64,000 nt of DNA from an uncultured delta proteobacterium (GTDB taxonomy: Bacteria > Myxococcota_A > Polyangia > Palsa-1104): contig CAWAWS010000033.1 in assembly GCA_963785725.1 (NCBI GenBank), forward strand, positions 224,001 through 288,000, written 5' to 3'. Positions 32,167-41,801 of the stretch are shown in pieces. Position 1 is the first letter of the stretch. Each line of letters begins with the position of its first letter. The notes below the pieces were generated by a model. That model was given only the letters and a program-made list of their open reading frames with translations. It had not been told where the DNA came from and did not search any database. A program made the translations under genes and the position numbers.

Positions 32167-34916
32167 ATGCGTATTCATGCATGGCGGTGCGCCGCCGTGT
32201 CGGCCGCGTTGTGGGCCATGCCCGCGCTCGCGGAAGAGCACGCAACACCCACGGCGGCGCCGATTTCACCGGCGGCGCCGCGAACGGCCGCGCCGGTGCT
32301 CGTCGAACGCGTCGAGCCCGTCTATCCCGAAGCGGCGCGGCTCGCCGGAATCGGCGGCGTCGTCAGCTTGCAGCTCGAAGTCGGCGTCGACGGCAGCGTC
32401 GGCGACGTCAAGGTCGTGCGCTCGGCCGGCCTCGGGCTCGACGCCGCCGCCATCACCGCCGCGCGGCAGCTCAAGTTCAAGCCGGCGCTGCAGGACGGTC
32501 AGCCCATCGCCGCGACGGTGCTGTTCGACCAGCGCTTCATCGTGCGCACGCATTTGGCGAGCGAGACGACCGTCGACGCGCCCGAAGCCACCTCGCCGGT
32601 GCCGGCCGAGCCCGCGCCCGCGCCCGAAAAGCCAACGACGACGACCGCCAACGGCAAGCCGACGCGCAGCTACGCGTCGACGGTCGTCGGCCGCGGCCCG
32701 TCGAGCGCCGCGTCGGCCGAGACCATCCGTAACCTCGACTTCGACCTGCGCCCGAAGACCGCGCCCAACGACATCTTGCGCATCGTGCCCGGCCTTCTGA
32801 CGGTGCAACACCAAGGCGGCGGCAAAGCGGACCAGCTCTTCTTACGCGGCTTCGACGCCGACCACGGCACCGACGTCGGCATCTTCGTCGACGGCATCCC
32901 CGTCAACATGCCCTCGCACGCGCACGGCCAAGGCTACGCCGACTTGCACTGGATGATCCCCGAAGCGCTCGATTCGATCGAGGTCGTCAAGCATCCTTAC
33001 GATGTTCGCTTCGGCGACTTCTCGACCGCCGGCGCCGTCAACCTCATTACGCGCAAGGATTTCCCCGAATCATTCGCGCAGCTCATGGTCGGCGGCTTTC
33101 CCACGCTCGGCTGCTCGGGCGGCGCCGCGCAATGCAAGCTCGTCGCGCAAGAGCGCGTGCTCATCGTCGTCGCGCCCAAGCTCAAAGGGTTGGGCCTCGC
33201 GACTGCATCCGTGGATCGCGGCCGACCTCGCGCGCGATCAAGGTCCTTTCGTCGCCGCCGAGAACCTCGATCGCTACAATATCTTCGCCAAGCTCACTTA
33301 CGATTTATCGTCGAACGACGAAATCGGCACGTTCTTTCAGGCTTATGGATCGCAATGGATCGGCTCCGGGCAGATCCCCGAGCGCGCCGTCGCCGCCGGA
33401 CAGATCTCGCAGTTCGGCTCCGAAGATCCGTCGGAAGGCGGGATGACGCAGCGGCAAATGTTCACACTGTTCTTCAAACACCGCACGGCCGACAGTGAAT
33501 TCAAGATCAGCGCTTATGTCACTCGCTATAGCTTGGCGCTCTTCAACGACTTCACGTTCTTCTTGCAGCATCCGCTCACCGGCGACGAAATGGAGCAGGA
33601 CGACAGCCGCACGTTTACCGGCGTGATTGCTTCGTGGAAGAAATATTCGCGCTGGCATGGCATCAGCTTCCGCCATCAAGTCGGCGTCTCCATGCGTTAC
33701 GACGGCATTCACCTCAACTTATGGGACGTCGAATCGAGCGCCGTCAACGACGGCGGCAAGAGCTCGGGCGGCGGCGACTTCCGCCAGCGGCTCGGCTTGC
33801 GCGCCTCCGCCGACGAGCTGTTGAACATGATCGGTCCGGGCGGCGCCGTCGAGGTCTTGAACCTCGGCAGCAATGACGACATCAGCGAGGTCAACTTGGC
33901 CGCCTTCGTCGAAGAGGACGTCGTGTGGACCAAATGGCTGCGCACGATCGTCGGCATGCGCATGGACTATTTCGGCTTCAATGTCTCCGACGGCGCGCAA
34001 GTCTACGAACCGGGAACGATCAATACGTCGGGGACGCGGCAAGAATCGGTGCCGAGCCCGAAAGCGAGCGTCATCATCACGCCGCTACCGGCCTTCGACA
34101 TCTATCTCAATTACGGCTCCGGCTTTCACTCCAATGACGCACGCATCTCGGTTATTCCGCAGACGTTACGCACGAGCGACGGCTCGCGCGTGCAAGTGTT
34201 GCCGCGCTTTTATGCGGGCGAAATCGGCTTTCGTTACACTTACGGCCAATATTTCACGGCGGCGACGGCTTTATGGGCGAGCTATCTGCAAAATGAAGTG
34301 ACGATAGACGCCGATAACGGCCAGTTCTCGATCGGCGATCCGACGCGAGCGACTGGGCATCGACGTCGAACTGCGCGCGCATCCGTGGCGTTGGCTCTAT
34401 TTCGATTACGACATCGCCTATGCGCATTCGCAGTCGCTGCCCGATCACGGCAATGGCGGCGAAATCGCGCTCGCACCCAAGCTGTATATGACGGGCGGCC
34501 TGTCCTATTTCGGCACGGGCCGAATGACGGGGCTGCGCGCGCGCTTCGGCATGCGCTATTTGAGCGGCAATCCCATGTTCGACACCAACTCGCCCGAATA
34601 TCAGGCGCTGGCGAGGAGCAATCCGCAGCAGGTCATCGGCCAGGACTATACGATCTTCGACTTGTCGGCCACCTATCGTTATCGCTGGATGGAAGTGGGA
34701 TTCAATATTCAAAACCTATTCAACGCCACCTGGCGCGAGGCGCAGTTCGGAAACGAGAGCTGCACCTATCAAGAGGTCTATAACCCGAAGAATCCGAATT
34801 ATAACGTCTGCGGAATTACGCAGCCGGCGGCGCAACGCACGGGTGTGCCCGATGTCCATTATACGCCGGGCGTTCCATTCAATCTGCAGGTCATGTTGAA
34901 GGCGTATTTCCTATGA
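32167..34916 (+). CDS. TonB-dependent receptor with N-terminal fused TonB-C domain (two +1 frameshifts near 33190 and 34350)
   Basis: RBS GGAGG; signal peptide; EPVYPEAAR..GIGGVVSLQLEVGVDGSV..FKPA; plug QHQGGGKADQLFLRGFDADHGTD, NMPSHAHGQGYADL; barrel YGSGFHSNDAR, NIQNLFN, terminal LKAYFL. Confidence 0.9.
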
Positions 34917-35986
34917 AGCCGAATATGCGATTCGTCGTGCTCGCGAGCGGCTTGTTATGCGGCGCTTGCGGCGTCGATGGCTCGGGCAGCCCGACGACCG
35001 GAAATGCCAACTTATATCAAGGCGCGGGCTCCCAATGGACGGCCAAGCTGGCGAATGATTCGACGTTCATGCTGCTGCATTTCTCGCAATTGGGGCAGAC
35101 GACGGCCGATCAGCTCATCAACGGGACCGACACGATCGATGCCAATGGCTTTACCGCATTGACGGTCACGTCGTCGGCCGGCAGCGGCGAGCCGGCGGAG
35201 GGCGCGACCTCATCGGCTGTGCAGATCGCCGATTCCTTATTCGTGCTCGCGCCATTTACGGCCGGCAATTTGATACCGATGATTCCCGCTGACAGCTGCC
35301 CGGGCGGAGTCGTGAACGCCAATCTCGTGAAAGTGAAAGTCGCCGCCGACTGGTCGCCGATGACGAACGACGCGACGGCGACCTTCACTTATGATTCGAC
35401 GACCGGGCTGGCGACTTTGCCGGCGCGTTATAGCGCGAATGATCCGGCGACGGCGATCGCCGGCGGCGAATCGTCATTGGGCGCCGGCGCCTGCAGCGAC
35501 GGCGCGTTGACGGCAGACAGCGGCGCCGAGCTGTTCTTGAGCGCGGGCGGCGTCGTCGTGCATACGCAGCCGGCGAGCGAGGCGCAAGCGCTCGACGAGA
35601 TCTATGTCGGGCTGCCGCAGACCGACGCGGCCGTGGCGCCGCTGAGCTTGGCCGGCAGTTATTACGGCTATTTATTCGTCGACGAAGCGACGCCCATCGT
35701 TAGCCCGGTCATCGTGACATTGGCGGCCAATGGCGCGACGTTGGCCGGCGGCGCAACGGCGACGAGCGGCACCGGCGGTGCGCACATGACGCTGACGAGC
35801 GCCGGCGCGGCCAACGGACTAATCATCGGCACGATCGATACGACGAGCGCGAACGGAGGCGGCGCCGCGCAACCGCTGAGCTGCGCCGCCCAAATCGGCG
35901 TCGGCGCCGCGATGCAAACCGTGCTCGCCTGCGCCGGCACGAGCCAAGACCTGCGCTTCGTCAGCCTCATCCTCTTTAGTCACTGA
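34913..35986 (+). CDS. Hypothetical lipoprotein translationally coupled to the receptor
   Basis: ATGA overlap with the receptor stop; signal ending LCGAC; beta-rich Ser/Thr/Gly sequence with paired Cys. Confidence 0.75.
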   Translation: MKPNMRFVVLASGLLCGACGVDGSGSPTTGNANLYQGAGSQWTAKLANDSTFMLLHFSQLGQTTADQLINGTDTIDANGFTALTVTSSAGSGEPAEGATSSAVQIADSLFVLAPFTAGNLIPMIPADSCPGGVVNANLVKVKVAADWSPMTNDATATFTYDSTTGLATLPARYSANDPATAIAGGESSLGAGACSDGALTADSGAELFLSAGGVVVHTQPASEAQALDEIYVGLPQTDAAVAPLSLAGSYYGYLFVDEATPIVSPVIVTLAANGATLAGGATATSGTGGAHMTLTSAGAANGLIIGTIDTTSANGGGAAQPLSCAAQIGVGAAMQTVLACAGTSQDLRFVSLILFSH

Positions 35987-36217
35987 TATCGCAGCACTTC
36001 GAAGTGCCATTGCGCGAAGCAGCGCGTCTCATTTCCGATCGCGCAGACTTTGGAGCGCGTCCTCGACCGTCCGGCAACGTCCTCTAAATCGACAGTAAAA
36101 TCATGGCCGATCACAGCGGCAGAAGCTTCTCGTGGCGGCCGTGCGAGTTTTCGTCGGCAAATACTGGACGGTAAGGCGGGTCGGGCGATCTGCGCGGATC
36201 CCTTCCGGTCTTAGCGG

Positions 36218-36245
36218 TTGATCTATCTTCGAGTGACGATATACT
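36218..36245 (+). promoter_or_regulatory. Sigma-70-type promoter of the riboswitch-nrdAB transcript
   Basis: TTGATC (36218-23), 16-nt spacer, TATACT (36240-45); predicted start about 36252, directly at the P1 stem. Confidence 0.6.
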
Positions 36246-36252
36246 ACCGTAC

Positions 36253-36413
36253 GTTGTCAGGCAGGGAACCTGGTGAAAATCCAGGATTGCCCCGCAGCGG
36301 TGAGCAGGAACGACCGCCGTCACACGCACTGGCTTCGGCTGGGAAGCGACGGCTAGTAGAAGGCGAATCGCCGCGATTCGTCATGCCTGCGAGTCCGAAA
36401 ACCTCCTGACGAC
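36253..36413 (+). promoter_or_regulatory. Cobalamin (AdoCbl) riboswitch
   Basis: P1 GTTGTCAGG/CCTGACGAC; AGGGAA-cctGGTGaaAATCCagg-aTTGCCCCGCAGCGGTG; GCACTGgcttcggctGGGAAG; B12-box AGTCCGAAAACCT; upstream of a B12-independent RNR. Confidence 0.93.
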
Positions 36414-36542
36414 CTGCGCCGAAAGGGCGCGGATTTGACCTGAATCTCCGAGGGGAGATGGCAGGCCCGCCGAAACGCCGCGCCTGTGCGGCTGTCGTCG
36501 TGGCCTCCCGTTGTCCGCGGAAACTCGACGGAGGGATCGGCG

Positions 36543-38936
36543 ATGTTGAACGCGTCCATTACACCCATCATTTCCCCGCCCACCGGACAGCGCGAGACGG
36601 ACGCTTATTCGTCGAGCATGCGCGTGCGTAAGCGCAATGGCACGTTCGAGTCGGTCGATCTCAATAAGATCGTGCGCGCCGTCGGCCGCTCGTGCGCCGG
36701 ATTGAGCAACGTCGATCCCATGCGCGTCGCGACCAAGACCATTAGCGGCCTCTATGACGGCGCCACTACGCGTGAATTGGATCAGCAGTCGATTCAGACC
36801 GCCGCGTCGTTGACCGCCGAAGAGCCCGATTATGCGCGTTTGGCCGCGCGGCTATTGGCGACCTATATCGATAAGGAAGTCGCCGGGCAAGAGATTCAGT
36901 CGTTCTCGCAGTCGATTGCCGCCGGTCAGCGGCACGGGCTCATCGGCGACCGCGTAGCGCAATTCGTGGCGCTCAACAGCCGCAAGCTCAATGACACGAT
37001 CTCGCCGACGCGCAATCAGCTGTTCGAATACTTCGGCCTTCGTACACTGTACGATCGTTATCTGCTGAAGAATCCGCAGACGCGTCAGGTCATCGAGACG
37101 CCGCAGCACTTCTTCTTGCGTGTGGCCTGCGCGCTCTCGGAGACGATGGCCGACGTGCTCGAGATGTATCGACTGTTCTCGTCGCTGGAGTACCTGCCCA
37201 GCTCGCCGACGCTGTTCAACGCCGGCACGCGCCACGAGCAGCTGTCGTCGTGCTTTCTGCTCGACTCGCCCGCCGATCACTTGGAAGACATCTATCGCAA
37301 ATACACCGATGTCGCGCTGCTGTCGAAGTTCGCCGGCGGGATCGGGCTCGCTTATCACCGCGTGCGCTCGCGTGGCTCGTTGATTGAATCGACCAACGGT
37401 CATTCGAACGGCATCGTGCCTTGGCTGAAGACGCTCGACGCGTCGGTGGCCGCCGTCAATCAAGGCGGTAAGCGCAAGGGCGCCTGCTGTGTCTATTTGG
37501 AGACGTGGCACGCCGACATCGAAGAGTTCCTCGAGCTGCGCGACAACACCGGCGACGAGGCGCGGCGCGCGCACAACCTCAATCTCGCCAATTGGGTCTC
37601 CGATCTATTCATGCAGCGCGTCGAAGCGGACGGCACGTGGTCGCTCTTCGATCCCAAAGAGACGCCGCACTTGGTCGACCTTTATGGCGAGGATTTCGCG
37701 ACCGCCTATGTGGTCGCCGAAGCCGCGGGACTGGCGAAGAAACAGGTCAAAGCGCGCGAGCTCTATGCGCGCATGATGCGGGTGCTGGCACAAACGGGAA
37801 ATGGTTGGATGACGTTCAAAGACGCGTCCAATCGTAAGTGCAATCAGACGGCGGAAGCCGGACGCGTCGTGCACTTGTCGAATCTGTGTACGGAAATTCT
37901 CGAAGTCACCAACGACTCCGAGACCGCCGTTTGCAATCTGGGCTCGATCAATCTGTCGCGGCATCTCGAGAACGGGAAGCTGTCGTACGAGAAGCTGCGC
38001 GCGACGGTGCGCGTGGCCGTGCGTCAGCTCGATCGCGTCATCGATTTGAACTACTACCCGATTGCGACGGCGGCGGCGTCGAATGGCCGCTGGCGGCCGG
38101 TCGGTCTCGGCATCATGGGCTTGCAGGATCTGTTCTTTCAGCTGCGTTTGCCCTTCGATTCCGTCGAGTCGCGCGCGCTGTCCCGCTCGATTCAAGAGGA
38201 GATCTATTATGCGGCGCTCGATGCGTCGTGCGAATTGGCGGCGGCGCGCGGCGCGCATCCGGCGTTCGCCGAGACACGCGCCGCGCGTGGCGAGCTGCAG
38301 TTCGACGCTTGGAACGTCGTGCCCGACGACAATGCGCGTTGGCAGGCGCTGCGCGAGCGCATTGCCAAGCATGGACTGCGCAACTCGCTGTTGATCGCCA
38401 TTGCGCCGACGGCGACGATCGCGTCGATCGCCGGCTGCTACGAATGCATCGAGCCGCAGACGTCGAACCTCTTCAAGCGCGAGACGTTGTCGGGCGACTT
38501 CCTGCAAATCAATCGTTACTTGGTCGAAGAGCTGCGTGCGCTCGGCTTATGGAACGAGCACGTGCGCAATCGCATCAAGATCGCCGAAGGCTCGGTGCAG
38601 ACCCTCGGCGAGCTGCCGGCGGACGTGAAGCAGATTTATCGCACGGTCTGGGAAGTGCCGATGCGCTCGCTCATCGATATGGCGGCCGATCGTGGCGCCT
38701 TCATCGATCAAAGCCAGTCGCTCAATCTCTTTGCCGAGAGCCCCAATATCGGCGCGCTGTCGTCGATGTATTTCTATGCGTGGAAGCGCGGGCTCAAGAC
38801 GACCTATTACCTCCGCTCGCGGCCGGCGACGCGCATTGCCAAGACGACGGTCGACGATTCGAGCCCGAAGGTCAGTGAAACGGCGGCGGTCGCCTGCTCG
38901 CTCGAGAACCCCGAAAGCTGCGAAGCCTGCCAATAG
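36543..38936 (+). CDS. nrdA: Class Ia ribonucleoside-diphosphate reductase alpha subunit
   Basis: RBS GGAGGG; ATP cone VRKRNG; PSSPTLFNAG, QLSSCF, SNLCTEI, AVCNLGSINL, APTAT, KTTYYLR, C-terminal CEAC. Confidence 0.97.
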   Translation: MLNASITPIISPPTGQRETDAYSSSMRVRKRNGTFESVDLNKIVRAVGRSCAGLSNVDPMRVATKTISGLYDGATTRELDQQSIQTAASLTAEEPDYARLAARLLATYIDKEVAGQEIQSFSQSIAAGQRHGLIGDRVAQFVALNSRKLNDTISPTRNQLFEYFGLRTLYDRYLLKNPQTRQVIETPQHFFLRVACALSETMADVLEMYRLFSSLEYLPSSPTLFNAGTRHEQLSSCFLLDSPADHLEDIYRKYTDVALLSKFAGGIGLAYHRVRSRGSLIESTNGHSNGIVPWLKTLDASVAAVNQGGKRKGACCVYLETWHADIEEFLELRDNTGDEARRAHNLNLANWVSDLFMQRVEADGTWSLFDPKETPHLVDLYGEDFATAYVVAEAAGLAKKQVKARELYARMMRVLAQTGNGWMTFKDASNRKCNQTAEAGRVVHLSNLCTEILEVTNDSETAVCNLGSINLSRHLENGKLSYEKLRATVRVAVRQLDRVIDLNYYPIATAAASNGRWRPVGLGIMGLQDLFFQLRLPFDSVESRALSRSIQEEIYYAALDASCELAAARGAHPAFAETRAARGELQFDAWNVVPDDNARWQALRERIAKHGLRNSLLIAIAPTATIASIAGCYECIEPQTSNLFKRETLSGDFLQINRYLVEELRALGLWNEHVRNRIKIAEGSVQTLGELPADVKQIYRTVWEVPMRSLIDMAADRGAFIDQSQSLNLFAESPNIGALSSMYFYAWKRGLKTTYYLRSRPATRIAKTTVDDSSPKVSETAAVACSLENPESCEACQ

Positions 38937-38944
38937 GAGCCGCC

Positions 38945-39943
38945 ATGTTGCTCGATCCCGGCATGAACTTGACGTTGCGGCCCATGGCCTATCCGAAGTT
39001 TTACGAGATGTACAAAGACGCGATCCGTAACACTTGGACCGTCGACGAGGTCGACTTCTCGACCGACACCGGTGATTTGCGTTATCGCATGACCGACGCC
39101 GATCGCCACTTGATTCAGCGCTTGGTGGCGTTCTTTGCCACCGGCGATTCGATTGTCGCCAACAACTTGGTGCTCAATCTCTACAAGCACATCAATGCGC
39201 CGGAAGCGCGGCTCTATTTGTCGCGTCAATTGTACGAAGAGGCGCTGCACGTGCAGTTCTATTTGACGCTGCTCGACACGTACGTTCCCGAGCCGAGCCA
39301 GCGCGCCAAAGCGTTCGCGGCGGTGGAGAAGATTCCGTCGATTCGTCAGAAGGCCGAGTTCTGCCTGAAATGGACGGACTCGATTCAGAATCTGCAGCGG
39401 CTGGAATCGCGCGCCGATCGCAAGCAGTTCCTGCTCAACTTGATTACGTTCGCCGGCGCGATCGAGGGCTTATTCTTCTTTGCCGCGTTCGCCTATGTCT
39501 ACTTCCTGCGTTCGCGCGGTCTCTTGCATGGTTTGGCGGGCGGCACCAATTGGGTCTTTCGTGACGAGAGCGCGCATATGGCGTTCGCGTTCGAAGTGGT
39601 CAATACCGTGCGTCACGAAGAGCCCGACCTCTTCGACGACGAGCTGAAAGCGGCCGTGGCCAAGATGATGGCCGAAGCGGTCGACTGCGAGATGCAGTTC
39701 GCCGAGGATCTGCTGAGCGGCGGCGTGCCTGGGTTGTCGGTGCGCGATATGCGTCAGTATCTCGAATATGTCGCCGATCAGCGCATGGTGACGCTGGAAT
39801 TGCCGCGGCTCTATCACGCGAAGAATCCGTTCTCGTTCATGGAGCTGCAGGACGTGCAGGAGCTGGCGAACTTCTTCGAGCGGCGCGTCTCGGCCTATCA
39901 AGTCGGCGTCGAAGGCAGCGTCGAGCTCGACGCCGCGTTTTAA
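38945..39943 (+). CDS. nrdB: Class Ia ribonucleoside-diphosphate reductase beta subunit
   Basis: FFATGD, EEALHVQFY (radical Tyr present), EGLFF, RDESAH, NFFERRVSAY. Confidence 0.97.
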   Translation: MLLDPGMNLTLRPMAYPKFYEMYKDAIRNTWTVDEVDFSTDTGDLRYRMTDADRHLIQRLVAFFATGDSIVANNLVLNLYKHINAPEARLYLSRQLYEEALHVQFYLTLLDTYVPEPSQRAKAFAAVEKIPSIRQKAEFCLKWTDSIQNLQRLESRADRKQFLLNLITFAGAIEGLFFFAAFAYVYFLRSRGLLHGLAGGTNWVFRDESAHMAFAFEVVNTVRHEEPDLFDDELKAAVAKMMAEAVDCEMQFAEDLLSGGVPGLSVRDMRQYLEYVADQRMVTLELPRLYHAKNPFSFMELQDVQELANFFERRVSAYQVGVEGSVELDAAF

Positions 39944-39949
39944 CAACTG

Positions 39950-40366
39950 CTAAGCAATCGGCGCTCTTACGCGCCGTCCCCAGGCGACGAACAGCGCCAG
40001 CGCCACCAATGAGAAATTGAACGGTGTATGCGATCCTTCGCCGCGCGATATATGAAAGACGATCGCGGACGCTTGTAATGCCGCGCAGCCCAGCGCCGCC
40101 AGCACCGTCAGTTGCGGCTTGATGCGCGTGGCCGCGGGCAATACGAGGCCGATTCCGCCGCACAGATCGAAGAAGGCGGTCATGTAGAGGAATGCGGGCG
40201 AGACTTGGCCCGCCCACGGAATCATCGCCGCCAGCTTGGGAATCGGCGTCAATAGCTTCCAGAACGCCGTGCCGATGAAGATGACGGCCAAGAGCGATTG
40301 CACGATCCATAAGCCGCGGTGAAGCGCGCCCGCAGGCTTGACGCCGCCAGCCGTTCCGCTCGTCAT
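39950..40366 (-). CDS. DoxX-like family membrane protein
   Basis: LWIVQSLLAVIFIG...KL, DLCGGIGLVLP..TRIKP.LT.LAALG, FHISRGE. Confidence 0.87.
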   Translation of the reverse strand: MTSGTAGGVKPAGALHRGLWIVQSLLAVIFIGTAFWKLLTPIPKLAAMIPWAGQVSPAFLYMTAFFDLCGGIGLVLPAATRIKPQLTVLAALGCAALQASAIVFHISRGEGSHTPFNFSLVALALFVAWGRRVRAPIA

Positions 40367-40467
40367 GCGAATTCCTCGTCGTATTCGTGGTTACTTCGAT
40401 GCGCCTGGTTACGTCTAGTGACTGACGCTATCTTGAGGACTGCGGCGGCGGCTGGCAAGGAGGCACA

Positions 40468-40872
40468 TTGAAGTCACTAGGGAACAACAAGCTCACCAAG
40501 AGCTTCGCCGAGGATTGCGCGGCGATGCGCGATGTCTTGAACCGCGTCGGCGACAAGTGGAGCGTGCTCGTCATCGTCAACCTCGGCGAAGGCGACAAGC
40601 GCTTCAGCGAGCTCAGGCGCAGCATCGACGGCATCTCGCAGCGCATGTTGACGCTGACGCTGCGCGGGCTCGAGCGCGACGGCCTGGTCGGGCGCACGGT
40701 GACGGCGACGACGATTCCGGCGCGCGTCGACTACGCGCTGACGCGACTCGGGCGGACGCTGATCGAGCCGGTGACGGCGCTGGCGCTGTGGGCGTGGCGG
40801 CATCGACCCGACGTGGAGCGCGCGCGCGCGGGGTTCGACCGCGCGGCGACGGCGCGGCCGCGGCGCGTCTGA
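40468..40872 (+). CDS. HxlR family winged-helix transcriptional regulator
   Basis: RBS GGAGG; C...DVLNRVGDKWSVLV, RFSELRRSIDGISQRMLTLTLRGLERDGLV, RVDYALT.LGRTL; divergent from DoxX. Confidence 0.93.
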   Translation: MKSLGNNKLTKSFAEDCAAMRDVLNRVGDKWSVLVIVNLGEGDKRFSELRRSIDGISQRMLTLTLRGLERDGLVGRTVTATTIPARVDYALTRLGRTLIEPVTALALWAWRHRPDVERARAGFDRAATARPRRV

Positions 40873-40881
40873 CCGTTCGAG

Positions 40882-41090
40882 GTGGCCACGCGCCACGCGC
40901 CGTCGCGGCTGGAAGACGCGCTCGGCGCGCTCTCGCCCGAGCAGCGCGAAGTGTTCGTGCTCCGCGAGCTGAGCCAGCTATCTTACGAGCAAATCGCCGA
41001 CGCCGTCGGTATCGACGCCGGCACCGTGCGCTCGCGGCTGCATCGCGCCCGCGCCGCGCTACAGTCGGCGCTCGCCGACCTTTGGGCGCG
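40882..41090 (+). pseudogene. ECF sigma factor region-4 remnant
   Basis: LEDALGALSPEQREVFVLRELSQLSYEQIADAVGIDAGTVRSRLHRAR; no region 2 upstream because hxlR ends 10 nt before. Confidence 0.75.
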
Positions 41091-41380
41091 ATCGTCAGCA
41101 CGCGATCGTACGCCGCCTCGTCGTAGCGCTGCAGCATATAGAGCAGCTCGCCGTCGAAGAAGCTCAGCTGGCCATCATTGATATTGGGATATTTCGCCAG
41201 GTACTTTTGATAGAGCGCGTGCGCTTCGTCGTACTTCTTCGGGCTCTTCTCTTGTTGCGCCTGTTTGTGCAGGACCGTCGCCTGCTCGGCCCAGCGATGG
41301 GCCTCGTCGTTCGCCCAATGCGGCTCCTCGGCGAGCGCCTGAGCGGACCACAGCATCGCAACCACGAGAGCGCTTCGCAT
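41080..41380 (-). pseudogene. Truncated secreted TPR protein
   Basis: RBS AGGAGG; signal peptide; YDEAHALYQKYLAKYP, FFDGELLYMLQRYDEAA; after about 100 aa the frame becomes the antisense of the sigma remnant and hxlR. Confidence 0.6.
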
Positions 41381-41513
41381 GACGGCCTCCTACATGCTTA
41401 CTCCGAGGCACGCCGGAAAAAGTTCCCAGTATTCGAATCGGCTGAGCTGCACGTGAGAAACGGGATGGCGCGTCACGTGCATAGCCGCGCACGGCCAGCG
41501 CTGCGCCGGCGGG

Positions 41514-41801
41514 CTACGGATTGCCGGCGGCCAATGCGGGCGCGGCGAGCTGCTCGATCGTCGCCAGCCGATGGCTCGTGACCGCTTTGACGCGACCGAG
41601 CTTGGGCAGCTCATCCAAGATCGCAGGCCACGCCGGTGTCAGCCGCAGGACGCGATCGATCGACGCGGACGGCGCCGGCCGGCCGCAGTCGCGCGCCAAG
41701 AGCTCGACCTCGGTCGTGCCCAGCGCGTCGGCGACATCGCGCAAATGCACGTGCGGATGGCGCCGCCGATCGTCGCGCCAGGAAGGCCGCAGCATGTTCA
41801 T
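41514..41801 (-). pseudogene. N-terminal fragment of a HemS/HmuS/ChuS-like heme utilisation protein
   Basis: RBS GAGGAGG; HLRDVADALGTTEVELLARDCG, RLTPAWPAILDELPKLGRVKAVT matches my recollection of the HemS N-terminus; only 95 aa. Confidence 0.6.

Noticed and set aside
32167..36413. Receptor as BtuB controlled by the cobalamin riboswitch
   Set aside because: The riboswitch lies downstream of the receptor with its own promoter and faces nrdA
38945..39943. Possible class Ic or metal-free NrdB
   Set aside because: Radical Tyr (EEALHVQFY) and the Asp/Glu/His metal ligands are present, consistent with a canonical tyrosyl-radical class I beta subunit
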